Source of the DNA: Acidobacteriota bacterium
Lineage (GTDB): Bacteria; Acidobacteriota; UBA6911
DNA: 64,000 nt
Direction: 5' to 3'
NCBI GenBank assembly: GCA_963664705.1
Contig: OY761556.1
Span: forward strand, 5,088,001-5,152,000
Positions 52,008 through 60,530 of this stretch are shown here, in pieces. The position numbers and the translations under genes are program-made. Under the pieces are notes generated by a model, which saw nothing but the letters and a program-made list of their open reading frames with translations, did no database searches and was not told the DNA's origin. Numbering within the stretch: position 1 is the stretch's first letter; the number at the start of each line of letters is the position of its first letter.

Positions 52008-52844
52008 ATGAAAAATCCATTTGCCTTATTGCTGCTATGTTTTTCGCTGCCAGCCCTGGCGGAAACTGGAACTATTCAATGCGATCCAGACCAAACCAGT
52101 ATTCCCGCCTGGACCGCGCCAGGAAGGGCTTTCGTGGTTGAACAACTGAAGTGTGGCCAAATGGTAAGCGTATCCGGCCTCGAGCGAGGGTATATCAGGA
52201 TACAAATAGGTGAGAAAATCGCCTATGTTGACGCGAAATATGTTCGTATGCAGCAAGAGACAGGCCTTCAAGACAGGCGCATCACAGAATTGGAAGACAG
52301 GATTGAACAATTGCAAAAGAGCACCAGCTCTTCCGTTCGGAAATCAGGATCTGAGCGGCTCTACGGTTCATCCGAATACCGACGACTCGAAGTTTTCGGT
52401 GGCTATAGCTTCGTTCAGTTCACAAACGGAGGAGGAAACATTGACGGATGGAATGCTTCGTTCACCGGTAACCCTCATCCAAATATCGGAATAAAGGCAG
52501 AGGTTGCAGGACTGTATGGACGCGATAGGGTTTTGAGCAATTTCAAATATCGCGGCTATTCATTCATGGCCGGACCAACTGTTACCACCAGAAATCTTCC
52601 CGTGGGAGTCTATTGCCACGCACTCTTTGGCGTTCAATACCTAAGGAACACCGTTACCACCTATGGAATGGATTTTTCTGGCAGTGTAAATGCGCTTTCA
52701 ATGGCTTTTGGATCAGGAATAGATTGGAAGCCAAAATCGCGAGTGGGAATTCGCTTGCCTCAAATTGAATATCTTCTATGGCACAAGCAAGGAGAATGGG
52801 CTCATAACGTTAGGCTTTCTGGAGGAGTTATCTTTCGATTCTAG
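52008..52844 (+). CDS. Outer-membrane beta-barrel protein with N-terminal SH3-like and coiled-coil regions (moron)
   Basis: RBS AGGAGA, signal peptide, EVFGGYS...GWNAS...FMAGP...GSGIDW...VRLSGGVIFRF with terminal Phe. Confidence 0.8.
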   Translation: MKNPFALLLLCFSLPALAETGTIQCDPDQTSIPAWTAPGRAFVVEQLKCGQMVSVSGLERGYIRIQIGEKIAYVDAKYVRMQQETGLQDRRITELEDRIEQLQKSTSSSVRKSGSERLYGSSEYRRLEVFGGYSFVQFTNGGGNIDGWNASFTGNPHPNIGIKAEVAGLYGRDRVLSNFKYRGYSFMAGPTVTTRNLPVGVYCHALFGVQYLRNTVTTYGMDFSGSVNALSMAFGSGIDWKPKSRVGIRLPQIEYLLWHKQGEWAHNVRLSGGVIFRF

Positions 52845-52865
52845 CTAAATATTTGGGGTGTAAAC

Positions 52866-53081
52866 ATGAATCCAAATGGATTGGATACCCTTGCCGCCCT
52901 CGAGGGCATCCGGACTCAGCAGGAGAACCTGGTGGAGGCGATCGCGACACTCTCGCGCCTGGTGGACCAGGTGCCGGCCGGGCAGCTCCGAGACAAAATG
53001 CGCGACTCTGTCCGGGATCTGAGCGCGATCGCGGACGCGATCAAGAGGGCAAGGGAAGGACTGTTGTCACCGCGGGAATAG
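52866..53081 (+). CDS. Small helical hypothetical protein
   Basis: 71-aa ORF right after the OMP gene. Confidence 0.45.
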   Translation: MNPNGLDTLAALEGIRTQQENLVEAIATLSRLVDQVPAGQLRDKMRDSVRDLSAIADAIKRAREGLLSPRE

Positions 53082-53390
53082 ATCGCTCTCATTAACTCCA
53101 AAATGCTCACACAACCTCTTACGGATTACGGGTCCGGCGCCGTGCTTGTAGATGTGGCCAAGACTGTTTCGATTGATTCCGCATAACTCCAGGGACAGCA
53201 CGATGCCCTTACTGCCACTCAGCCGCTTGAGTGCAGCGCGGTCGATTGCTTTGCTGCGGCTTGGGATTTTCGGGAGGGTCGGGAGATGGTGTAGGCGCAG
53301 ATTCTCATTGATTGTGCAACAGAGACGGCAGTAGCGGTCACCCCGTGGCCTGGTTCTCATAAACCTATCAGGATGACCGCGACGGCACAT
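53067..53390 (-). CDS. Phage hypothetical protein (Cys motif + possible HTH)
   Basis: CRRGH...RYCRLC; TGATG coupling to the upstream gene. Confidence 0.5.
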   Translation of the reverse strand: MCRRGHPDRFMRTRPRGDRYCRLCCTINENLRLHHLPTLPKIPSRSKAIDRAALKRLSGSKGIVLSLELCGINRNSLGHIYKHGAGPVIRKRLCEHFGVNESDLFPR

Positions 53391-53743
53391 CAGCGGTTGA
53401 CGGTTGCGCTCACGTCGACGTTTATTACAATTCGTAGATTGACGGGACTCTTCGGAGCTGTAGCTACTGAATTTGAATCAGCACTCTCGGCCTTCCCGTC
53501 CGTTGATCTCACAATGTAAACATGGCGTCCCGCCGTTACCCCGCTGATCGTCATTTGCGTGATATCGCCGGACACTTCTCCGACTTTGACATATGCTCCA
53601 GTCGTTGATATTTCATAGCATCGGACCGCTGTCCATGCCTCTCCCACAGGCTTGGCGTCCCATTCCAAAACCACCGATGATGTCTGCGCGATGCAGGGTA
53701 AGGTGACAAGGAAAAGCAGTAAGGCAAAGATGATAGTTCTCAT
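53390..53743 (-). CDS. Secreted fibronectin type III-like protein
   Basis: Signal peptide; VVLEWD...YIVRS...ESADSNSV. Confidence 0.65.
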   Translation of the reverse strand: MRTIIFALLLFLVTLPCIAQTSSVVLEWDAKPVGEAWTAVRCYEISTTGAYVKVGEVSGDITQMTISGVTAGRHVYIVRSTDGKAESADSNSVATAPKSPVNLRIVINVDVSATVNR

Positions 53744-54450
53744 GCAATCCTCCTTGTGTTTATTTTTTCTATCTCTTTCGTTTTTCCCTTCAGCTGATAG
53801 TAGTCGGGACCCCACAATCCAAGCTCTGCCATGGACTGCGGCGTCTGATCGCTTGTGTTGAAATTGAGCGGGAGCACTCCACCCGCCTTCAGCATAGCCG
53901 GTCCGAATTCGCTGCAGATGAAAGCGTCCCAGTCCTCCCTCGAGGGAATAAGCCCGAGCGGGTCAAAGAGATCATGCGCGATCAAAACCTTGTCGTAAGG
54001 TATTCCAACGCACTTCAGGCCGAACTGGGTATATTTCTGCAGGTCCAGCGCGGCCTGCCTGGCGTACTCCAGAGGGTGATAGTAGACGGACCCATGATAG
54101 TCCTCTACGCGCTCACTCATCCAATGGCACTGCACCCCATCCATGCCGGTCATCATGGTTGACTCAATCAACACAACGCGATCACCCGGCCGGTCCTTGC
54201 GAGGCTTTGAAAGATAGGGTTTCTCTGTCCGCGGGCTGATGTGAGTGACAAGCCACTCCGACAGCTCGGCGCTGACCGTAAGGATCTGAGCCCAGTGCGA
54301 TAGCCTCGACCACTCCCAGAATTTCAGAAAGTTCGGCCGTGACCAAGCCTTGATGACCGTCGAAACGAATCCGCCGGCGCCCATAGACACACCGCCGCCA
54401 GGACGCATCATCATTCGCGCCGTTTCATAGCTGATTGGCTGCAGCATCAC
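53740..54450 (-). CDS. Permuted papain-like (NlpC/P60, YiiX-like) amidase
   Basis: SHW...LIES...GVQ...G.PYD...FICSEF: His before Cys, the permuted order. Confidence 0.65.
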   Translation of the reverse strand: MMLQPISYETARMMMRPGGGVSMGAGGFVSTVIKAWSRPNFLKFWEWSRLSHWAQILTVSAELSEWLVTHISPRTEKPYLSKPRKDRPGDRVVLIESTMMTGMDGVQCHWMSERVEDYHGSVYYHPLEYARQAALDLQKYTQFGLKCVGIPYDKVLIAHDLFDPLGLIPSREDWDAFICSEFGPAMLKAGGVLPLNFNTSDQTPQSMAELGLWGPDYYQLKGKTKEIEKINTRRIA

Positions 54451-54683
54451 TTAACCTCTTTGACGATGTAACGGTATCGGGTTTCCAACGCGCTCGATTG
54501 CGTGGTTTGGATGAAGCGGGCCTTGACCTTGTAGGACTTGAATTCCCTGTCGCGGGTTTGCCTCACGCTTATGGTATCTCCGACGACAGGAGCTGTTTGC
54601 AAGGTCTGATCAAATAGAGCCTGCTTCGTAAAGTCGCCGTCTGCGTAGAAAAAGCACTGCGATAGGTATTCAGGGTTTAACAT
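54447..54683 (-). CDS. Phage hypothetical protein
   Basis: Coupled ORF in the lysis region. Confidence 0.45.
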   Translation of the reverse strand: MLNPEYLSQCFFYADGDFTKQALFDQTLQTAPVVGDTISVRQTRDREFKSYKVKARFIQTTQSSALETRYRYIVKEVK

Positions 54684-54891
54684 TCTGGTCCGCCTTTGCT
54701 GGCAATGGCGACTGTTTGAGATATGCCGCAACTGCGATTGCAGCCCCGATGCCCGATACCGCCCCGATGCGCTTACCTACGGCGGGACCGGAATAGATTG
54801 ATGGATCTGCGGCCAGTACGGTGGCGTTTGCGGCCGCACCGCCGAGAGCAGCCGCAAATAAACCTTTAAGCCATGTTCCAAAGTCTTTCAT
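54670..54891 (-). CDS. Holin-like membrane protein
   Basis: 73 aa, two hydrophobic segments, YLKQSPLP end, adjacent to DUF5675. Confidence 0.6.
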   Translation of the reverse strand: MKDFGTWLKGLFAAALGGAAANATVLAADPSIYSGPAVGKRIGAVSGIGAAIAVAAYLKQSPLPAKADQNVKP

Positions 54892-55295
54892 GATTTCTCC
54901 TTTGTGATTATTATCGAAATCGGTATCTCTGCTTTGTGTGCTACCTGCAATTTGGCAAATAGTAAATCGTATGCCTGCCGCGAGCCGTCAATCCGGTTGA
55001 TCCCGCGAGTCCGACCCACAAGCAGACACCCAGCCGTATCCTTGTCGGTGTTTCCGCAATGGATCCGGATTCCAGTGAATCCTGGCACGTCGCACAGCAG
55101 GGGCATTTCGCGTTTAAAACGGGGGCTGTAGGTGATATCTATTCGGTAGGTGCCATAAGGTATGGCTGTCTCGTTGGCGATCTTCTCGGGGCGGATTACG
55201 TCTTCAAGGACAAAACATTCCCTAGTGTCGTCAACGTACAGCTCCCCGATAGTGCATCGATCTGAAAACCATTTGCGGACGAGATGGAGGATCAT
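54888..55295 (-). CDS. DUF5675-family protein (putative endolysin)
   Basis: TIGEL, TAIPYGTY, SPRF, VPGFTGIRIHCGN...DTAGCLLVG. Confidence 0.85.
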   Translation of the reverse strand: MILHLVRKWFSDRCTIGELYVDDTRECFVLEDVIRPEKIANETAIPYGTYRIDITYSPRFKREMPLLCDVPGFTGIRIHCGNTDKDTAGCLLVGRTRGINRIDGSRQAYDLLFAKLQVAHKAEIPISIIITKEKS

Positions 55296-55513
55296 TTCCC
55301 CTTCGCTCCCGGCACCACCACATTTCCGGTCTTAAGCATGTGGCACTGATCGTTGCTACAGGTGATCTCGTGATAGTGGTCATAAATCCTGGACCACAGA
55401 TCTTTGATATCGCCTCTGATCCCGTTCAGGATCATTAGGATCAAACCTTGCAGTATGCCAATGAATACCCCAGATACAGCTACGACGATTGTGAGCGTGT
55501 TTGTGTGCTCCAT
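55292..55513 (-). CDS. Single-TM phage membrane protein (holin/antiholin-like)
   Basis: One N-terminal TM segment; first gene of the lysis block. Confidence 0.55.
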   Translation of the reverse strand: MEHTNTLTIVVAVSGVFIGILQGLILMILNGIRGDIKDLWSRIYDHYHEITCSNDQCHMLKTGNVVVPGAKGK

Positions 55514-55528
55514 TGGTTTGACTCCATA

Positions 55529-55555
55529 AAACAAAAAACCCGCCGAAGCGGGTTT
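55529..55555 (-). terminator. Intrinsic terminator between the tail and lysis genes
   Basis: Minus strand AAACCCGC-TTCG-GCGGGTTT followed by TTTGTTTT. Confidence 0.8.
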
Positions 55556-55564
55556 GAGGTTAGA

Positions 55565-55720
55565 TCACGATTCACTCAGGAATCGTAAGAAGAAAGGCCA
55601 GAAGTCGTCATCGGGTTCGCGGTGATCAATTACCAGATACTCAATTACTTTGGAAACTGATACAGGGTAAGTATCAATGACGAGATACTCGACCACTTTG
55701 GAAACCTGCTGCTCTGCCAT
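55565..55720 (-). CDS. 51-aa peptide with internal repeat (not in the ORF track)
   Basis: MAEQQ-VSKVVEYLVID-TYPVS-VSKVIEYLVID-HREP...; TGATG coupling to the upstream gene. Confidence 0.6.
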   Translation of the reverse strand: MAEQQVSKVVEYLVIDTYPVSVSKVIEYLVIDHREPDDDFWPFFLRFLSES

Positions 55721-56682
55721 CAGGCAACGGCCTCGAGGGATATCTGACTATTGCCTGCATCGGCTTTGCTTTGCAGGGTTGTGATCAATCTTTCGTGTGT
55801 TGCCCAGGAAGTGCCAAGAACCTGGCCGGCATCCATATCATAGGCGCCACCCGAAATCTTATCCCCTAGTTTCAGCCGCGTGACAGTGGATGATGCCGAC
55901 CGCTGTGCCCTGGCTTCCACCTTTCTCGCTGCGATCACATAGTCGCCCGAGGGCAGCGCGGGCCCAGAAAACTGCACCTCGCTGTCCGCAGCGGTGGCAT
56001 AAATGTAGTCGGAATCGCTCAGGGTAATTTCATCGACGTCGGCATAGGTCCCTGTCAGTTCATTTGCATCGCCAGCTCCGGCAGGATACCGCGTGTGGAG
56101 TCCAATTATTCCGCGCGGATCGCCGTCGGCCACAATGAATTCCGACAATCGATTGGTAAACGTGATCCCATCATCCCCACTCACCATTGCGCAGTCCATG
56201 TTCGTCATTGTGCCAACGCGGATATCCCCCGTGTAAGTGCAAACAGGATCAGGATTACTGTCATAGTAGAGGTTTACGGTGGCGGTAGCTCCGTAATCGA
56301 TGACCTGGAGTGCGAATTTGTGAATTCCATTCGTGATTGAGATAGACGCTGACGCCAAAACGGTCGTGGTTGAACCAGTATGCTTTGAGATTGAAATGTG
56401 AGTGCTGTCGTTAAAGTGCACCCATATTCCTGCTCCTTGTGCCTGAGCACGATTACCCAGGCCAGCCAGGAGGCAATAATCCGAGTAGTTGAAATAACTG
56501 TAAAATGATAGCCACACGCTCGTGACAGCTCCGCCAACAAATGACTTGGAACTCGCAGTCCCGTTACTCGGGCAGCAAATAGCACATCTGGCATATCCCG
56601 AGCGAAACTGTCCCGCCTCTGACTTAACAGACGATCCGTAGGGAAAGCTGATATCCTCTCCGCCGCACCATAGGATGTTCAT
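55720..56682 (-). CDS. Phage virion/tail-associated beta-rich protein (lectin-like)
   Basis: Beta-strand-rich, G/S/T-rich; ATGA-coupled to the large tail gene. Confidence 0.6.
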   Translation of the reverse strand: MNILWCGGEDISFPYGSSVKSEAGQFRSGYARCAICCPSNGTASSKSFVGGAVTSVWLSFYSYFNYSDYCLLAGLGNRAQAQGAGIWVHFNDSTHISISKHTGSTTTVLASASISITNGIHKFALQVIDYGATATVNLYYDSNPDPVCTYTGDIRVGTMTNMDCAMVSGDDGITFTNRLSEFIVADGDPRGIIGLHTRYPAGAGDANELTGTYADVDEITLSDSDYIYATAADSEVQFSGPALPSGDYVIAARKVEARAQRSASSTVTRLKLGDKISGGAYDMDAGQVLGTSWATHERLITTLQSKADAGNSQISLEAVA

Positions 56683-59600
56683 GCGTCCTTGCTCCACCAG
56701 CAATCGAATTTGTCCGCGGAGGAATCGTACATACAGCCTAGGTAATCCCGGCCGCTTGCGGACCTGGTGAGCGTCGCTCCGCGCGAATTGAATTTCGTTC
56801 CAAGGGTAATATCCCCTGTTCCGGTAATTCGTATGAGAAAAGGCTTATGGTCCGTTGGGTTGGTGGGATTGTCGATCTCAACAGAACTACCACCGGTTGC
56901 GAGATGGAATGATTTTCCTAGGCTGCAGTCGATTGCTGCGTGGCCGGCCGAAGGAGTGACTGTAATGCAATTTGTTACCGCAACCGAGACCGCTTGAGTC
57001 ATTGCCTTCTGAGTCACCTTTGTGGGGGATAAATTCCCATCAGACCAAAGGGACCAGGCGCCATTGAACAGGCGAAAAGCGTAAAATATTATTCCATCCT
57101 CGGCGGCCGTTATCGTCTTCAACGCTCCAGCATACGTTGCAGCAAGTTCTTCGGTCGGATAAGTGGATTCATCGCTGAGATCAACATAATCAGGAAGCGT
57201 TGCTCCGCTTGCATAAAATTTGTATTTGAACTGCGCGAGCGTCACGTTGTCGTTATATTTCATCGCCCGGCAGGTCATGGTAACTGCCAGGCCGGTTGAC
57301 GAAAAACCACAACTCAATTCCTGGGGAGGTCCGCCAACCAGTGGGACGACTTCCGGTGGCCCTGGGATCGGGGCTTCATCTGGGGGGGTATATCCAGCCG
57401 TCAGATCATACATTGAATCTACACACGTCTGACCCGAGAGCGTGATTGAGTAATCTTTATTGAGTTTCCACGAACTGATTCTGAATCCGCTGATCGTGGA
57501 CGTCCCGACTCCGTATGTGACTCCAGCCTGAGAGTAGTTATAGAACCCGAACTTTCCCGAGGTCCAAGTTGTGTCGCTGATCACCAGGGTGGCAACTACG
57601 GTTTCCCCGTTTTCAATCTTTACCGTGAATCCATCTATACGGAGACTCAGCGTCCATTTGTACTTTATTCCTCCCGCCCAAGGAGTGGAGTCTGAAGCTA
57701 GAATTGTGACTCCGGATCCGCCGGCTGTAGGCCACAACTCGTTTGTGATTTCAGTTGCGACGGAAACCTTTTTAACGGTCATCCCCACATTGGCAGTGCC
57801 ATAATCGCCTACGCCAAAAACCCAGCCATTTTGAGTCGCTCTTCTCCAGTCGAAAAGATAGAAGTGTTTGCTGTCCTGATAGTTGATTGCGAAGCCGATA
57901 TAATCATCGTCGCCATCGGCATCGTTAACCATGAAGAACCCGGAGAGTTCGTTTTCATCTGCACCAGAAAACTCCTCCGCACCAAGGAGGATGCTTGGCT
58001 TCGCGTTATTGGATTGGGTGGCGATCTTCCCAGCTAAACCCCAATTCGGTTCATCCGATCCCGCGTCCGGGAATGCACTTTGAAACTTTACTTCCGGAAG
58101 CGAGAAGGTGATATCCAGTTCTCCTGGAGGAATGGGAATAGACGGCATATCGTCATGGATTATTCCGCAGACGGACCCCACTTTTGCATTTACCGCTAGA
58201 ACCGTCGTATCGAAAGTCAGGCGCCGCGCAGATGTTCTTTCACTTTGGCTTGTTCCTCCCAGCTCCTCTCTCAGCCTGGTTGTGATCACTCTGGCAGCCT
58301 GAGACTTTGCCGAGACTCCGCATAGATTCATTTGCGATTTTAAAAATAGGGGAGCTGTCGCGCCACCGATCTGCTTTGCGTGGTCAATGTCATAGATGAC
58401 AACACTGTTCGCGGAATAGTTAAAATCGGCGTCGCCGAAGTTTGCGGTCAGATGATTAAATGACGGACGCAGTGGGGCAATCTGCAGTGACTTAAAGAGG
58501 ATATTGCCTTCGGTGAATAGCTCGGTCACGATTGCATTTGACCTGATCCCCACCGCGAGCTTTTTGAAGTCGAACGTGAAGTATCCGATACAGTTCATCA
58601 GCACTTCTTGAATCCAGTCGCGAAGCGGCTTTTCTTCCTGCAATATGCCTTGGAACTTGAACTGAGTTTCAGCAGTGACCGCGCCCTCTTCCCATGATTC
58701 CGCTTCCGAATTCCACGTCGAAAGAGTGCGTGCTATGAGTGGAGGCACGGAGAGATTACAGGTGGCCGCAGAAGCCACAGCGAGTGAGACATTGAAGTAC
58801 TGTTCGCAGACAGAAGCAGAGGCATAACGCAACCCGCGCGCCTTGAGCATGATGTTAACGACGATCCATACAGGGTTTGTCAGGACGGACCAGGTGCGCG
58901 ATCCTGCTCCGGTCCATATCCAGCCATGCAGGCCAGTTGCGACCACGGCCTGCATTTCGTGGGAGCTGGAGTATGAGAGCTGCATCCCTTTGTCATCATG
59001 GCGCCTTATTTCTAGCGCTGCGAGTCCGGCTGCGAAATTGTCCTTAAAAATCTGTCCGGCATAAACTGCTTTTCTCCAGTCGGCGGTACTCGTCCCGTTT
59101 TCCGACAGACTGAAGAAATCGTGGTCTCCAGCCGGATCAGTCCCCAGTATCTCTCTCAGACCATCAGACCCCGGTTGACCATGATGGAATTGTCCGTCAA
59201 GCTTGTGCCCTGTTCCAAAGGTGATGGGCCCCTCTCCGACGATACCTAGTGCGGCGTAGAAATCAGATTCATCTCTACCGGCAGCTATCTTGCAATTGAC
59301 CAGGCGCCCGGTCTTCACGTTGCCATCGGCGTCTTTATACGTTTCATTGTTCGTGTAGATTTCAGGGACAACCTGGTCGTAAACGGAATCGTTCACGATT
59401 GAGGCTGCCGTCACTGTTGGTCTGCCAATACCCCATGTGCCTTGGGAGTTGTCCTTGATTCGGACTCCCTGTGGCTCGGAAAGGACGCCTCCAAAATAGT
59501 GCTTCATCCCGTGAGCAAGGCAGCCATTGAGTGAATCGTATCCCTTGTCGCATGTCCCCTCGTCAACCGATGGAAAGTTCGTCGTATCAAGCCCGGTACT

Positions 59601-60530
59601 CTCGGCAGTGTACGGGCAGCCGAGTGCGTCATCGAAACACTTCCAGCAGGTGCGGAGGATGCGGCGGCAGGGATAAGGCAGTGTGAGTTCGTACAATCCA
59701 TCAACCGCGGTGATCGTGAATTCCGGGCCTGCATCGAATTCCCAGTCCGATATTTCCCCTGCCCACAAGTCGAGCTTGATTCCAGTTCCAACATGGAAGA
59801 GGGAGAATTCCAGCGAGGCCCTTACGAGATCGGTATCGTTTGCAAGATTGCGCATTACCCGGTCAGCATTCCCTAGCGTGAATCTGGCCTCATCCGATTC
59901 ATTTCCAATCCCCTGCTCAATGCCATCCCAATCCAGGAGTCGGGCCTGGTACAGTTGGGTACCGACTGTGCATCTACGGTCTGATACGTAAATCGCGGGA
60001 TAGCCCGATTCCTTGGGTTGAATCTTTATGAGTGGAATTATTTCCTGCACCTGCGAGAGCAGAGCATTCTTCAGGCTAACCGATGGGAATCGCGTTTGGG
60101 TGGAGTTTAGCGCATACGTGGGGAATAACTGTGGAATCTCAATGAGCGTGATGCCCGTTGAACATATGGCATCCGTGAGAAATTCCAAGGATATTGGTTC
60201 ATCTGCAAAGCGACAGACAATCTCCTCGGTATCCGATCCATCCTCAAAGGGTGCATTATAGGTAAATGCACCAAAGGCACCGTAAACGCCTTCCCAAAAA
60301 GACACGAGAGCAAGCCTGTCCGTCTTGGTCAGGACTTGCTTTCGTACGATAAATGTTCGTGTCCCATTACCTAAAAGAAAGCGCTGTTCTGTCTTTGCGT
60401 CCGAAGTCCCGAATTGATGAATTGCTACGCTTGGAGCATGCGCGGAACCAAATCCCCAGTCGGACACGATGGGGAACACTCCGGAAGGAACAATTTCCGG
60501 AACTTCGATATTTCCTATGAAATCGCTCAT
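56679..60530 (-). CDS. Large phage tail (tip/central) protein with a thrombospondin-C-like domain
   Basis: N-terminal distal-tail/hub-like segments, C-W-x-F...C-x-Y...C-D-K...C Cys cluster as in tail-tip proteins, internal DDDYIGFAINYQD domain. Confidence 0.78.
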   Translation of the reverse strand: MSDFIGNIEVPEIVPSGVFPIVSDWGFGSAHAPSVAIHQFGTSDAKTEQRFLLGNGTRTFIVRKQVLTKTDRLALVSFWEGVYGAFGAFTYNAPFEDGSDTEEIVCRFADEPISLEFLTDAICSTGITLIEIPQLFPTYALNSTQTRFPSVSLKNALLSQVQEIIPLIKIQPKESGYPAIYVSDRRCTVGTQLYQARLLDWDGIEQGIGNESDEARFTLGNADRVMRNLANDTDLVRASLEFSLFHVGTGIKLDLWAGEISDWEFDAGPEFTITAVDGLYELTLPYPCRRILRTCWKCFDDALGCPYTAESTGLDTTNFPSVDEGTCDKGYDSLNGCLAHGMKHYFGGVLSEPQGVRIKDNSQGTWGIGRPTVTAASIVNDSVYDQVVPEIYTNNETYKDADGNVKTGRLVNCKIAAGRDESDFYAALGIVGEGPITFGTGHKLDGQFHHGQPGSDGLREILGTDPAGDHDFFSLSENGTSTADWRKAVYAGQIFKDNFAAGLAALEIRRHDDKGMQLSYSSSHEMQAVVATGLHGWIWTGAGSRTWSVLTNPVWIVVNIMLKARGLRYASASVCEQYFNVSLAVASAATCNLSVPPLIARTLSTWNSEAESWEEGAVTAETQFKFQGILQEEKPLRDWIQEVLMNCIGYFTFDFKKLAVGIRSNAIVTELFTEGNILFKSLQIAPLRPSFNHLTANFGDADFNYSANSVVIYDIDHAKQIGGATAPLFLKSQMNLCGVSAKSQAARVITTRLREELGGTSQSERTSARRLTFDTTVLAVNAKVGSVCGIIHDDMPSIPIPPGELDITFSLPEVKFQSAFPDAGSDEPNWGLAGKIATQSNNAKPSILLGAEEFSGADENELSGFFMVNDADGDDDYIGFAINYQDSKHFYLFDWRRATQNGWVFGVGDYGTANVGMTVKKVSVATEITNELWPTAGGSGVTILASDSTPWAGGIKYKWTLSLRIDGFTVKIENGETVVATLVISDTTWTSGKFGFYNYSQAGVTYGVGTSTISGFRISSWKLNKDYSITLSGQTCVDSMYDLTAGYTPPDEAPIPGPPEVVPLVGGPPQELSCGFSSTGLAVTMTCRAMKYNDNVTLAQFKYKFYASGATLPDYVDLSDESTYPTEELAATYAGALKTITAAEDGIIFYAFRLFNGAWSLWSDGNLSPTKVTQKAMTQAVSVAVTNCITVTPSAGHAAIDCSLGKSFHLATGGSSVEIDNPTNPTDHKPFLIRITGTGDITLGTKFNSRGATLTRSASGRDYLGCMYDSSADKFDCWWSKDA

